Below, in pieces: positions 39,761 to 50,625 of a stretch of DNA of 64,000 nt (position 1 is the stretch's first letter; each line of letters starts with the position of its first letter). The translations under genes and the position numbers were made by a program. The notes beneath the pieces were generated by a model. That model had not been told where the DNA came from, searched no databases, and was given only the letters and a program-made list of their open reading frames with translations. Source of the DNA: an uncultured Desulfosarcina sp. (GTDB lineage: Bacteria; Desulfobacterota; Desulfobacteria; Desulfobacterales; Desulfosarcinaceae); the NCBI GenBank assembly GCA_963674945.2, contig CAXXWQ010000004.1:2368001-2432000 (forward strand), given 5' to 3'.

Positions 39761-40525
39761 ATGGAAAAGCAAAAGGTGTTGATCATCGGATCAGGGATAT
39801 CACTTGTTCTCATTTTCGTTTTAGGCTATTTGCAGAGTGTCGATTCAAAGTTCCTTAATCTTCCTTCGCACTGGATAGCAGTCGCAGTCATACCCGTCTT
39901 GATCTCACTTTTTGTTGGAGGATTCATAAAACGCTTCAAGGGTTTCGGTGTGGAGTTGGAGGCTGATTTGCAGAAACCTGTGGCATCACTGGGCTTGACT
40001 GCAGCAGATGCGGTCGAATCAGTTGAAGGAGATGAAAAAAAGACTCACGAAGAATTAGAAAAACTATCACCTAAGGAAAAACTTTCAATTAGAAGGCTCA
40101 TATTTAAATCTGACCGGAAAAATTATTATGAACCTTATTCAATCGGGATGTATATTTCGAGATTACCAAATCTTGAATATTTTGAGGTTCAAAATAAATC
40201 TGGAGCTATAATATGTCTCATACCAAAATCTACGTTTGTAGAGACCACTCTAGAGCCACCATATATTAAAATAGATTCCAATAAATTAGGTATGTTTGTG
40301 CAGGCTATCGAGAATGATGAAGTTCCAGGTACTTTCGTGGACTCAGCTATTACTTTGAAAGTTAGTAATGATCAAAGTTTAGTTAATGTCCTAAAAAGAA
40401 TGCGAATTGAAAATGTTGAGTTTGCTCCAGTGATAGGTGCTAAAGAAAATTATTTGGGTGTAGTCTTTGCCAAGGATATTGAGAGAAAAATCGCTGATTC
40501 TGTATTGGCAAATACGGATACGTGA
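39761..40525 (+). CDS. Two-TM protein with C-terminal CBS-like domain
   Basis: Two N-terminal hydrophobic helices; tail SLVNVLKRM…APVI…YLGVV..KDI follows the CBS pattern. Confidence 0.65.
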   Translation: MEKQKVLIIGSGISLVLIFVLGYLQSVDSKFLNLPSHWIAVAVIPVLISLFVGGFIKRFKGFGVELEADLQKPVASLGLTAADAVESVEGDEKKTHEELEKLSPKEKLSIRRLIFKSDRKNYYEPYSIGMYISRLPNLEYFEVQNKSGAIICLIPKSTFVETTLEPPYIKIDSNKLGMFVQAIENDEVPGTFVDSAITLKVSNDQSLVNVLKRMRIENVEFAPVIGAKENYLGVVFAKDIERKIADSVLANTDT

Positions 40526-41353
40526 GACGGACGTGATGACTTTTTCTGCCATCCTGTCTCTAACTGTATTAATGTGTTACGGCCACCCTTCTTTCATGTT
40601 TTCCAAAATGAGTTGGAATTGAGTATGAAGGAAGTGTGCCGCACTTGTTGCCCATAATAATGGAAATTAAACTGTCTGCAACTCTCTAAATTTCTTGCCA
40701 GGATCAATTAAGTTTTCCAACATTTCATCTGTTTCAGCTCTGATAAGGCTCAGAGCCTCTTCGATCCTCGCTTTATTTGCATCATGTTTGAGGTTGAAGA
40801 GGTCAATTTTTTCCAATGAATACATAACAAGAGCCATAACAACTGTTGAAAGAATAGATGCAGCTATGATTGATAGGGGTTCACTTATTCCAAACTTATT
40901 GAGCATTGCCTCTATTCCAATACCCACCAAGGCACTTGAAGAAAAAGCCACAATCTTTAGGATGGCATCACCTTTTTCAGCGGCACTTTTAGTTTTATCA
41001 TTAAGGACTGGGATTGCTTTGATAAAAATCCTTACTCCTTCGCTTACGGCTCGTGCGATGTGCTTAAATATTCCGACGAAGCATTGAAGAATACCTTCAA
41101 TGAGCATGCTAAAAAACGAAATTATGAGATTTTGAATTCCACCTTGGAACATGCCCTTTACGTTCTTCTCAACATATACACGCATGCGTTTTGTGCGTTT
41201 TTTTAGAGCATGCTTAAAGTCTGAGGCGTTTACGCCATTCTCAATTCCGTTTGTGAGGCAGTCTCTTAATTCGTGTGTTTTCGGCAAGCGTGCATGAAAT
41301 CCGCTGAGAGATGGGATATTATCGGTTGACCCCAATAATAAGGAGGCCCGCCG

Positions 41354-41767
41354 ATGAATGACGATATCCAAGATGTTTCTATAATCGCTCCCAGCCTTGA
41401 GCAAGTTCAACAGCGGTTTGAATCCTGGCGAAAGCTGCGAAAGAAACGCACCCGAATTCCCCAAAACCTTTGGCAGGCAGCGGTCGCGCTATCAGAAGAG
41501 TACTCCATCTACCACCTGTCAAAGGCCCTGCGTGTAAACTACACGACGTTAAAGAAAAAAGTTGCCGGTACTCACTTGCCGGAAGAACACCCGTGCGAGA
41601 TTTTCTCCACACCCTTTATAGAATTGCCGGCTCCGGCACCCCTTCTACCTGAATCCACCATCGAAATGATCAAAACGAACGGTTCGGTCATGAGAATGAA
41701 TGTAAAAGGAGCCACCTGTTCCGATCTGGTGGAACTGGGAAAAGCATTTTTGGCTATGGCTTCATGA
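41354..41767 (+). CDS. IS66 TnpA-like protein
   Basis: Identical translation to 20245-20658. Confidence 0.75.
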   Translation: MNDDIQDVSIIAPSLEQVQQRFESWRKLRKKRTRIPQNLWQAAVALSEEYSIYHLSKALRVNYTTLKKKVAGTHLPEEHPCEIFSTPFIELPAPAPLLPESTIEMIKTNGSVMRMNVKGATCSDLVELGKAFLAMAS

Positions 41768-42120
41768 TTGCCATCACGCCACACATGCGGATTTTTGTTG
41801 CAGTGGAGCCGGCTGATTTTCGAAAAGGCATCGACGGATTAGCCAAGCTTTGCCGTGACCATCTCAAGGCGGACCCATTTTCCGGTGCCGTATTTGTTTT
41901 TCGCAACAAACGGGCCACGGCATTGAAAATTATTGTATACGACGGCCAGGGATTCTGGCTTTGTCAAAAGCGGCTGTCGAAAGGGCGGTTTACCTGGTGG
42001 CCCAATGGCACGGATGATGTCTTGCGTCGGCTCAATGCGTATCAACTGCAATCGCTGATTTGGAACGGAGACCTTGCCACCATCGAGGTCGCCCCGCATT
42101 GGAAAAAGATTCATGCATAG
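41764..42120 (+). CDS. tnpB: IS66 accessory protein TnpB
   Basis: Identical translation to 19892-20248. Confidence 0.92.
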   Translation: MIAITPHMRIFVAVEPADFRKGIDGLAKLCRDHLKADPFSGAVFVFRNKRATALKIIVYDGQGFWLCQKRLSKGRFTWWPNGTDDVLRRLNAYQLQSLIWNGDLATIEVAPHWKKIHA

Positions 42121-42152
42121 GGGCTTGCGTTCCAGTAACGAGTGTGCTATGA

Positions 42153-43046
42153 ATGCCGACCATGGAAACGATTCTCACCTACCGCGGCAAAACCGTAACA
42201 GTTCAGGATGCGGCGTTTATCCAGCAGCTGATCGACCGAAACCCGAGCGACAGCCGAAGACGCCTTTCCGTCAAACTTTGCCAAGCCTGGGATTGGCGCC
42301 AAGCCAACGGCGCCTTTCGGGATATGGTCTGCCGGGGCTTGATGCTCGCTCTTCACCGGGCCGGGCACATTCGATTGCCGGCCAAAAAAATGACCCCGAA
42401 CAATCCTTTGGCCAGACGAAAAGAGCCTGAGAACATCACCATTGAGCGATGCCCGATAGAAAGCAAGCTGTCAGCCATTACCCCCCTTACATTCCGACAG
42501 GTTCGCCGAACCGATGCCGAACCGTTGTTCAACAGCTTGTTGGAACAGTACCATTATTTGGGCTACACCCAGCCGGTCGGTGAACACCTGAAATACATCG
42601 TTTATTCTCAAAAGCGGCCCATCGCGTGCCTGTCCTGGTCATCGGCCGCCAGGCATATCGGATGCCGTGACCGGTTCATCGGTTGGTCCCAGCATCGGCG
42701 AATGGCGAACCTGCATTTGATGGCATACAACAGCCGCTTTTTGATATTGCCCTGGGTTCGCGTATCACACCTGGCCTCTCATATTCTGGGGCGGATGCGT
42801 CGTATCCTGCCAACGGATTGGCAAGCGATATACAATCATCCCATTTATTATCTGGAAACCTTCGTGGACAAGGACCGGTTTGCCGGCACCTGTTACAACG
42901 CCGCCAACTGGATTTACCTGGGAGATACCACCGGCCGTGGGAAGAATGACCAAACCCACCGGCCGAACCGATCCATCAAAGCGGTTTGGGGATATCCGCT
43001 GGTCAAGATGTTCAGATCTCGTCTTACCGCAGGAAAAAGCGCATGA
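42153..43046 (+). CDS. DUF4338 (DruA-like) domain protein inside IS66
   Basis: Identical translation to 18966-19859. Confidence 0.85.
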   Translation: MPTMETILTYRGKTVTVQDAAFIQQLIDRNPSDSRRRLSVKLCQAWDWRQANGAFRDMVCRGLMLALHRAGHIRLPAKKMTPNNPLARRKEPENITIERCPIESKLSAITPLTFRQVRRTDAEPLFNSLLEQYHYLGYTQPVGEHLKYIVYSQKRPIACLSWSSAARHIGCRDRFIGWSQHRRMANLHLMAYNSRFLILPWVRVSHLASHILGRMRRILPTDWQAIYNHPIYYLETFVDKDRFAGTCYNAANWIYLGDTTGRGKNDQTHRPNRSIKAVWGYPLVKMFRSRLTAGKSA

Positions 43047-44602
43047 CACCGCCGCCCATCGAACTTTCGGCCGAGGAGCTTAACGCACTGATCGATCGGG
43101 TCAAATCTCGCAGCCTTTTGGATAAGGATTATGCAACTATTGCGGCCATGGGCGAGACGATCAACGTGTTGAGTCACAGTGTGGATGAAAAAGCCGCATC
43201 CATCAAACGCTTGCTGAAAATGATCTTCGGCGCATCCACGGAAAAAACCGATACCATTGTCAAAAAACGAAAACCGAAGAGCGCTGATAAAACGCCCAAG
43301 GCCAAGAAAAAAGGCCATGGCCGAAATGGGGCTGATGATTACACCGGTGCCGAGAAGATCACGGTGTCTCATGGTGAGCTTAAACATAAAGATCCGTGCC
43401 CGCTTTGTCCCAAGGGCAAGGTCTATGTATATAAACAGCCCAAAACCCTCATCCGTGTCACCGGCACCTCGCCGTTAACAGCGTCGATATACGAGCTGGA
43501 AAAATTGCGCTGTAATCTGTGTGGAGAGATTTTTACGGCCGATGCCCCACGGGATGTCGGCGAGGAAAAATACGATGCATCCGCCGGAGCAATGATTGCT
43601 CTTTTAAAATATGGCAACGGCTTTCCTTTCTACCGGCTTCAAAATCTGCAGGACAGTATCGGCATACCGCTGCCTGCATCGACCCAATGGGATATTGTCA
43701 GGGATTTTTATTGGCACGCCTACCCGGCCTTTGATGAACTGATCCGGCAAGCGGCTGGCGCAAAGCTGATCCATAATGACGACACCACCATGAAAATTCT
43801 TTCTTTGGTCAACGAAACACAAGATGCCAAAAGAAAGGGCATTTTTACCAGCGGCATGGTGGCGGTGTCGGACGATCACAAAATCGGGCTGTTTTTTACC
43901 GGAAACAACCATGCCGGAGAAAACCTGGCGGATCTACTTACCAAGCGCCAGGCCGATCTGGGTCCGCCGATCCAGATGTGCGACGCGCTGTCGAGAAATG
44001 TGCCCAAGGATTTTGAAACCCTTTTGGCCAACTGCATCTCACATGGAAGGCGGCGCTTCGTGGATGTATACGATAACTTCCCGGACGAATGCACTCATGT
44101 ACTCAACGTGTTGGGCAAGGTGTATAAAAACGATGCCGATGCCAGGGAGCAAAACCTTTCTGACGATCAGCGCCTCGAATACCATCGGAACCATAGCGGT
44201 TCGTTGATGAAGGATCTTAGAGACTGGTTTGATGAGCAGTTCGAGGAAAAAAATGTGGAGCCCAACTCCGGGCTTGGCCAGGCCATCAAGTATATGTGCA
44301 ACCACTGGGAGAAACTGACCCTGTTTTTACGTCAGCCGGGTGCCCCGTTAGACAATAATGTTTGTGAACGCGCCTTGAAAAAAGCGATTTTGAATCGGAA
44401 AAACGCCTTGTTCTACAAGACTGAACGTGGTGCCCGAGTCGGTGACCTGTTTATGAGCCTGATCCACACCTGCGAACTATGCACTGCAAATCCTTTTGAC
44501 TATCTGGTTGCCATCCGGGAACACTCAGAGCAGGTGAAAGCCCGCCCGGATCAATGGATGCCGTGGAATTATGAACGGCAGACCTCTGAAATCAACTCCT
44601 AA
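43043..44602 (+). CDS. tnpC: IS66 transposase TnpC
   Basis: Identical to copy 1; its ATG overlaps the DUF4338 stop (ATGA). Confidence 0.9.
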   Translation: MTPPPIELSAEELNALIDRVKSRSLLDKDYATIAAMGETINVLSHSVDEKAASIKRLLKMIFGASTEKTDTIVKKRKPKSADKTPKAKKKGHGRNGADDYTGAEKITVSHGELKHKDPCPLCPKGKVYVYKQPKTLIRVTGTSPLTASIYELEKLRCNLCGEIFTADAPRDVGEEKYDASAGAMIALLKYGNGFPFYRLQNLQDSIGIPLPASTQWDIVRDFYWHAYPAFDELIRQAAGAKLIHNDDTTMKILSLVNETQDAKRKGIFTSGMVAVSDDHKIGLFFTGNNHAGENLADLLTKRQADLGPPIQMCDALSRNVPKDFETLLANCISHGRRRFVDVYDNFPDECTHVLNVLGKVYKNDADAREQNLSDDQRLEYHRNHSGSLMKDLRDWFDEQFEEKNVEPNSGLGQAIKYMCNHWEKLTLFLRQPGAPLDNNVCERALKKAILNRKNALFYKTERGARVGDLFMSLIHTCELCTANPFDYLVAIREHSEQVKARPDQWMPWNYERQTSEINS

Positions 44603-46018
44603 CCGTGGGCAGGGGCTTATCACCCTGCCTACGTAGCCATTCTGTCAGCACCGTAGCCCCGCCTTGAGAAAAATCTGCTTACGCACCGTTGCCGAAAGGA
44701 CACCTTAATTCAAAATGAAGCGGTCTTATGAAAAAGATTATTGCATCACCGATAGCCCTGTGACCAGCAGCACCTGCTGCGTCTTTGGAAAGTCGAGCCT
44801 GAACTGTTCGGTTAGAGATAACGTTTGTAGCGACTTTTTTGTTAACGTTCTTATCGATGGACGCTCTTGCCTCTCGGCTTTTTTCAAGCATCTTTGCCTT
44901 TAGTTCATCAGGCAGATTTTCCTTGTCTCTTTCAACAAATTTCTCATTAGTTATTCCGCCCTTGTGACGGTTTATCTGGCAGCTAGTTACGGCCAAGTTG
45001 CTTTCATCATTCAATATTTCTTTAATATCTCCAGAGTTGAGCGCCTTATTTTTTTTCAACTCGTTACATACTATTGTACATGGGGTGATATGATCTGTCT
45101 CCGCGCTCTGGTGATGTATTTTCTGTTTAGGACTTAATCTACCTTCAATCTCAAAGGCCGTTTCGTTGTCCTTATATACAGTCTCTCCGGGAGCGTACTC
45201 GTCTTCAGCGGTATCACGACCAGCGAAATATTCTTTTTTATAATCTTCCATCTTTCCATGGTCACGCATATTTATTTGGTCTTCGCCTTCTCTTGTGAAA
45301 ACCCCGCCGTTATAATTCGACTTATTGTCAAAATCTTTTATATTATCTGTTTCGTTGAGGAACTCAGTGAACCTGTCCACCCTCGGATCAACATAATCGG
45401 TACCATCATAGGTGAAAGATTTACATTCACTGTATATTCGAGTCGCAGTAAGTCCCTGTCTGTTACCCAGCTTAAATGCTCGCATTGTACCATCAATCAG
45501 GCTTAAGAAAGCTGGTTCAATTAAAGCGTCTATTGCAGCTTCTTTATCATTGAATTTATTTAAGAAATCATGAACCTCTGAGTCAGAAACGCTTATCGTA
45601 TTCAAATCCACCTGGTTTGATTTAGCAAGCTCACTCATGCATAGATCTACCCGTTTGGAATCAGGTGCTTCTGATAAATGAGCTTTGACTAATTCAACAT
45701 TTATAAGGGTAGGTTTTTCAGGAGTCTTTTTAAGTCCTTTTGTTATTTGTTTCCGACGTTTAAATCTTTCTAATCTATCTGACATAAAACCGCCTTTTAT
45801 TTTAAGCTGTTTTTCTTAGCACTTGCCATGCTTCCCTAAACGCTATCTCTTTTTCATCCTCGTAGCCATCGGCACTGATAACTGAATCAATAAGATCATC
45901 GTAAGGGTCAAATAAACCCCATCTTCACATAGCCCAGATATTATGACATCATAGGCTTGGCAATGAAAATGTGTATGGGAGACGATTGTGAACCGGCCGG
46001 TAGAAAGTAAGAGAAGAA

Positions 46019-47614
46019 TCAATAGCGAAGGATCGCCAGCGTCTGTTTGTCGATATTTTTTGGCAAAAGCGCCAGATGGTCCTCCCGCGTCCTGGCCAGC
46101 GGAAGTTTGGCGAACAGGTATCGAAGATAGGCATAGGGTTCCAGCCCATTGGCTTTGGCCGTTTCGATCAAACCGAAGAAGGTGGCGCTGGCTTCCGCAC
46201 CCCGGGGCGCGCCGGAAAACAGCCAGTTCTTGCGACCCAACACGAATGGCCGGATGACATTTTCAGCCACATTGTTGTCGGGCTTCAGAAATCCGGCATT
46301 GATATAGACAACCAGTTTGTCCCATTGGTTTAGGCAATATTGGATCGCTTTGCCGAGAAGGCTTTTCGGAGGAGCTTGCCAATGGTAGGTGTCCAGCCAG
46401 GTTTTAAATTGTTTCAGAATCGGCTTGGCCTTTTCCTGTCGCAGGTCACGGATCTGTTCATACGACAAATCCTTGTCTCGCGCATACCGTTCTATGCCAT
46501 ACAATGCGCCAATGTAATCCAGCGCCTCGTCGGCAAGCCCCTTGGCTGCTTTTTGTTTGCCGCGCGCCTTGCGCCCTTTGTTCACCTCGACAAATTTACG
46601 TCGGGCATGGGTCAGGCAACCTAAATGGATGATCCCTTGCTTTTGGGACAGCTGATCATAGCCGCTGTAGCCGTCGCTTTGAACATAGCCCGAATAGTCT
46701 TCTATCATATCTTGCACTACCTTCCCACTACGGGTGGGATGATACTGGTAAAGCACCACAGGGGCATCCAACGGGCCGCCACAAAACACCCACATATACG
46801 ATTTTGTTGTATTGCTGCGGCCCGGTTCCTGAAGCACCTGAAACGGACTTTCATCGATATTGATCACAGGACCGCTTCGAATCTCCTGATGCATCAATTC
46901 GACGATCGGCTGGCAGCAACCGGCGGCCTGAATCATCCAATTGGCCATGGTTGACCGTGAGATGTCAACGCCCAGACGGTCAAATATCTTTTGTTGGCGA
47001 TGCAGGGGAAGCGCATCGGCGAATTTTGAGACAGCGATGTGGGCCAGCAGTCCCTCAGTGGCGTTGCTCTTGGGAATCAGTTGTTCTGGCGGCGGAGCGA
47101 TCCTAACGGTGGGGCCGTCATCCTCGACGCCTTCGCAGGCCTTGCAGGCGTATTTGGGGCGGATGTGACGGATCACCTGGATTTTTGCCGGGATATAATC
47201 GAGCTTCTCACAGGTCTCTTCGCCGATACGGCTCAGTTCAACTCCGCAAGCACACCGTTTCTCGGCCTCAGGGATATCGTGCAGGACCTCGACGCGGGGC
47301 AGATCCTCAGGCAACGGTTTGCGGCCACGCTTTTTGCGGGTGTGCTCCGGGACGGTGATGTCGTCATCGGCAAGGACGGGCTCTGCGGTTTCGTCGGGTT
47401 TGAACAACTGGAGTTGGTTGGGATTGACGGCCGGCAAAACTTCACTTTTGCGACCGAACAGCTCGTTCTTCAGCAGACGTACCATTTCTTGCAGATGGTC
47501 GATTTGCTGCTGCTGAGAAGAGATAATCTCCTTAAGCGATTGGGCGTCATCGGGCAGGTTGTTCGATTCCGAAAGCATGCCTGATACATAGCATAACCAA
47601 TTGAATTTGTACAC
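46019..47614 (-). CDS. tnpC: IS66 transposase TnpC
   Basis: Identical translation to 21464-23059. Confidence 0.95.
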   Translation of the reverse strand: MYKFNWLCYVSGMLSESNNLPDDAQSLKEIISSQQQQIDHLQEMVRLLKNELFGRKSEVLPAVNPNQLQLFKPDETAEPVLADDDITVPEHTRKKRGRKPLPEDLPRVEVLHDIPEAEKRCACGVELSRIGEETCEKLDYIPAKIQVIRHIRPKYACKACEGVEDDGPTVRIAPPPEQLIPKSNATEGLLAHIAVSKFADALPLHRQQKIFDRLGVDISRSTMANWMIQAAGCCQPIVELMHQEIRSGPVINIDESPFQVLQEPGRSNTTKSYMWVFCGGPLDAPVVLYQYHPTRSGKVVQDMIEDYSGYVQSDGYSGYDQLSQKQGIIHLGCLTHARRKFVEVNKGRKARGKQKAAKGLADEALDYIGALYGIERYARDKDLSYEQIRDLRQEKAKPILKQFKTWLDTYHWQAPPKSLLGKAIQYCLNQWDKLVVYINAGFLKPDNNVAENVIRPFVLGRKNWLFSGAPRGAEASATFFGLIETAKANGLEPYAYLRYLFAKLPLARTREDHLALLPKNIDKQTLAILRY

Positions 47615-47641
47615 ACTTATTTTACTTCCAGGTGGATGTTC

Positions 47642-47989
47642 TCAGCTTGCATAACGGTAGTTTAAACGCACATGAGCATTCGTATAATCCAGTCCGGCGA
47701 GAAGCCATTCCAGTTCTTTCGCACTAAGGGAAACGACTTCTTTTGTGGTTGTTGGCCAGTGGAAACGGTGCTTCTCCAGCCGTTTGAGCCAGAGAGCAAA
47801 TCCATTTTTATCCCAGTATAAAATTTTTATCATGTTCCGACGCCGATTGCAGAAGACGAACAGGTCCCCTTCGAAGGGATTCAAATCCATGGCCTGTTCC
47901 ACCAAAACCGAAAGCCCGTTGATCGATTTGCGCATATCGGTATTACCCACGGCCAGAAAGACCCTTTTGGGATTGGTGGGCAACATCAT
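47642..47989 (-). CDS. tnpB: IS66 accessory protein TnpB
   Basis: Identical translation to 23087-23434. Confidence 0.95.
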   Translation of the reverse strand: MMLPTNPKRVFLAVGNTDMRKSINGLSVLVEQAMDLNPFEGDLFVFCNRRRNMIKILYWDKNGFALWLKRLEKHRFHWPTTTKEVVSLSAKELEWLLAGLDYTNAHVRLNYRYAS

Positions 47990-48315
47990 AATGTAGCCAC
48001 CATTGCAACAAGCTTGTTGATTTCTATCGATCCGTTTTGATCATCGACTTCGATGGTAAATCCGTTGGGGGTATGAATACGAACGGATGGATGTTTCCTC
48101 GTCGCTGATCCGTTGAGCGCAACCGGCAAAAAAGTAACTCGGGTTTTATCAACGGGCATGATGCGCCGTTTCCAATCGTAAAACCGATGGAGAATGAGAT
48201 CGTTTTTTTTACAATAGGCCCTTTGGCTTAGGCTGCTGATCTTCCATTTCTCGATATGATTTTCCCAAAATTTTCGCCTTTGCTTGGAATCGAATGAATC
48301 ATAGTCTTCAGGCAT
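47986..48315 (-). CDS. tnpA: IS66 accessory protein TnpA
   Basis: Identical translation to 23431-23760. Confidence 0.88.
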   Translation of the reverse strand: MPEDYDSFDSKQRRKFWENHIEKWKISSLSQRAYCKKNDLILHRFYDWKRRIMPVDKTRVTFLPVALNGSATRKHPSVRIHTPNGFTIEVDDQNGSIEINKLVAMVATL

Positions 48316-48969
48316 GATATCTTCTCCTTTCTTTGGGGAAACACATTGCCATGCCTGAACAATTTTGTGAAGATGGGGTTAATAAACCGCTTACAGATCA
48401 TCAACATCTTTCCATCCTTTTTCAGTCATATCGGCTTTTTTGAGGAAATCATAGGCGGTTGATAACGAAGGAGGATTTTCGGATAGCATCTTTATTTGTT
48501 TCTTCACATTCTCCGGGAATTTGTTTGACAAAACCCCACATACAAATTCTTCGATTTCCTTTGATTCTTCTTCAGAAATATTTCCATCGGCATTGGCTGT
48601 TGCAATTCCGATCGCATGCATAGCAATGATATAGTCGTGGATCTTTGTTGTGTCTTTCAGAGCCTCGTTAATTTTTGCTACAAGTTTATTTCTCTCAATC
48701 TCGTGTGCTGCCTTCTGTTCATTGAGCTTATCTTCTTCATCTTTCTTTTCAAAATCTGAAAGAGCTTTACCGGCGGCTGCGCCCACGACACCAGCACCTG
48801 CTGCCGTTGCGATGGTCCCAGTTCCTGATAAAGATGCAAGCAAGCCAATAGTCCCGAACAAAGAACCGCCACCAGTGAAAGGAACAGCAGCGACTGTACC
48901 AACTCCAATAACTGTTCCCATCAAGATTTTCATGTACCCCATATCTAATCCCCCATAAAATGAGTTTAA

Positions 48970-50625
48970 CCTGAATCAGTGGCCTAATTTTTGCTGTTAG
49001 GATTGGCGCGGGGCGATTGCCTCACACACCATCATTTGTTGATAATTTTTCTCACTATTTTCAAATTTCGAAGGAATTTTGCTCCTGTTTCTCATTCTTT
49101 AGCCATAGCAAATCACCAAGCAAATGCCTGTAAAATTGTTCTTTTAAAAATTATAGCTACTTCATAGCGGAAAGCAAATTCAGACGAAGATAAATCCGAT
49201 CCATCAGTTTGGAAAATGGATTGAGTTGGCCAAAGGATATGTACCATTTTCTACTTCTGGTTACTAATCGACCGGCCATATACATCAAGTCCTGCATGAC
49301 TGTCCGGATTCGACGCCGGGTAACTTTCTTCCGGCGTATACCGGGCAATTCAGTCGGATCACTCTCTTCGATGCTGATTTGTCCGATAATCCGTAGCATG
49401 TTGTACGTCAGCATCGCCAAATGAAGAATCAAGCTATTGGTGGAAAAATGACCGCTCGGCAAGCGCTCCAGGCCCATGTCGGATTTGAGTTCGGAGTGAA
49501 ACTGCTCGCTGGTACCGTGATCGTGATAAAGTCGAATCACCTCATCCGGTGGCAACTGTGCGAGGCTGCACCAATAGGTATCGATCTGATACTCGGGGAA
49601 CAGCAGTACTTGGCCCTTTTTGGTATGCCTTTCGGTAACCTCAAAGATGATTGGGTAGCGCAATGGATTGCCGTTGATGTCTTCAATCGTCTTTCCGATC
49701 CATACACATTTTCCTGAGCGGCAATGCTGTTGCTTGCCGGATTTTTTTGCCAGATCAACCCACTTTTGAACAGATTCTCTACGCAAATTGCGTTTGATGA
49801 TAAAGTGGACATTCTTTCGTGAATCGTCAGGAAAGTTGTCTTGACTGTCGTTTCCTGAATCCAACCTCATCAAAATAGGCTGATCGGTAATTTGCCTGGC
49901 ATAATCCAAGGTGGCGTTGATAAATTCGGGGGTGTTTTTCTGGCAGTGTTGTTTTCCTTCTCTGAACTCAAGATTCACCAGATACCCCTCGGTGCCCAGG
50001 TAGGCAAAGATCGGAGCGAAGCCATCCGTGCCTTTGTAGGTTCTGGAAACGCCTTCCTTTTGAGTCTTTGAGTTGTCAAACGGACTCACATCCATATCCA
50101 AAGGAAGGAAATCACCCGCACTGGTTTGGATGGGTGAAATCGCCGGAGCGCAGGATCGAACCAAATCAACGCCTGCATCCTTAATCAGCTTATCGGCTTG
50201 GTTGCCGATCAAATCGATTCGCTGACGCAATGTCGGGCTTGACGGGCATGCACGATTGCCAATGGCCTTGTTGAAAAATTCTTGCTTCTCACGAAAAATC
50301 TCGATCGCATCGTAATCAGGTTTACCAATACTCATGAGAGCAATCATCGAAGCTAAAATGTCACCATGAGAAATTTTCGGGTCTACACAATGGACGCCGT
50401 TGATCTTTTCGAAACGGAACCTGAAATTTATCGCATCAAGTAATGCGCCGATATTGATCAATCCGCTATGACTGGCAAGTTTTTCCATCTCGTGTTTTAT
50501 GGTGATCGGACGCCGCATTGATTTCACCTCCGAAGTGAGCGTTTAGTGCCCTAATATTACCATAATATATATGTTTTATCAATTGGTTATAGTGTTTTAA
50601 TCAGGTTTTGTGCCACGGAAACAGG
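48970..50625 (-). mobile_element. IS1380-family insertion sequence, copy 2 (1656 bp), no perfect TSD
   Basis: Same ends as copy 1; flanks are TTTAA and TTTGA. Confidence 0.92.
49157..50527 (-). CDS. IS1380-family transposase
   Basis: Identical translation to 14502-15872. Confidence 0.92.
   Translation of the reverse strand: MKSMRRPITIKHEMEKLASHSGLINIGALLDAINFRFRFEKINGVHCVDPKISHGDILASMIALMSIGKPDYDAIEIFREKQEFFNKAIGNRACPSSPTLRQRIDLIGNQADKLIKDAGVDLVRSCAPAISPIQTSAGDFLPLDMDVSPFDNSKTQKEGVSRTYKGTDGFAPIFAYLGTEGYLVNLEFREGKQHCQKNTPEFINATLDYARQITDQPILMRLDSGNDSQDNFPDDSRKNVHFIIKRNLRRESVQKWVDLAKKSGKQQHCRSGKCVWIGKTIEDINGNPLRYPIIFEVTERHTKKGQVLLFPEYQIDTYWCSLAQLPPDEVIRLYHDHGTSEQFHSELKSDMGLERLPSGHFSTNSLILHLAMLTYNMLRIIGQISIEESDPTELPGIRRKKVTRRRIRTVMQDLMYMAGRLVTRSRKWYISFGQLNPFSKLMDRIYLRLNLLSAMK

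Larger units (their letters stand above)
41273..44703 (+). mobile_element. IS66-family element with a DUF4338 passenger gene, copy 2 (3431 bp)
   Basis: 8-bp TSD CTTAATTC; ORF translations identical to copy 1, opposite orientation. Confidence 0.93.
40667..45785 (-). pseudogene. HNH-like / multi-TM protein (559 aa when rejoined) interrupted by IS66
   Basis: 45785-44704 + 41264-40667 = 1680 nt in frame (…LHFELR-DCLTNG…); ETDHITP…NLAVTSCQINRHKG; hydrophobic C-terminal helices. Confidence 0.8.
45901..48394 (-). mobile_element. Canonical IS66-family element, copy 2 (2494 bp)
   Basis: GTAAG…CTTAC ends; 8-bp TSD AGATCATC. Confidence 0.95.
45802..48942 (-). pseudogene. Glycine-zipper + TerB-like protein (212 aa when rejoined) interrupted by IS66
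   Basis: 48942-48395 + 45892-45802 = 639 nt in frame; N-terminal PFTGGGS Gly/Ala hydrophobic segment; two TerB motifs, ANADGNISEEE and SADGYEDEKE. Confidence 0.82.

Noticed and set aside
40667..41464. 265-aa ORF from the ORF track
   Set aside because: It is a chimera: the first ~64 codons are antisense IS66 sequence and the rest is the 3' half of the interrupted HNH-TM gene.
14315..50625. A single composite transposon bounded by the IS1380 pair
   Set aside because: The outer flanks (ATTA vs TTTG) do not match, and copy 1 has its own TSD.
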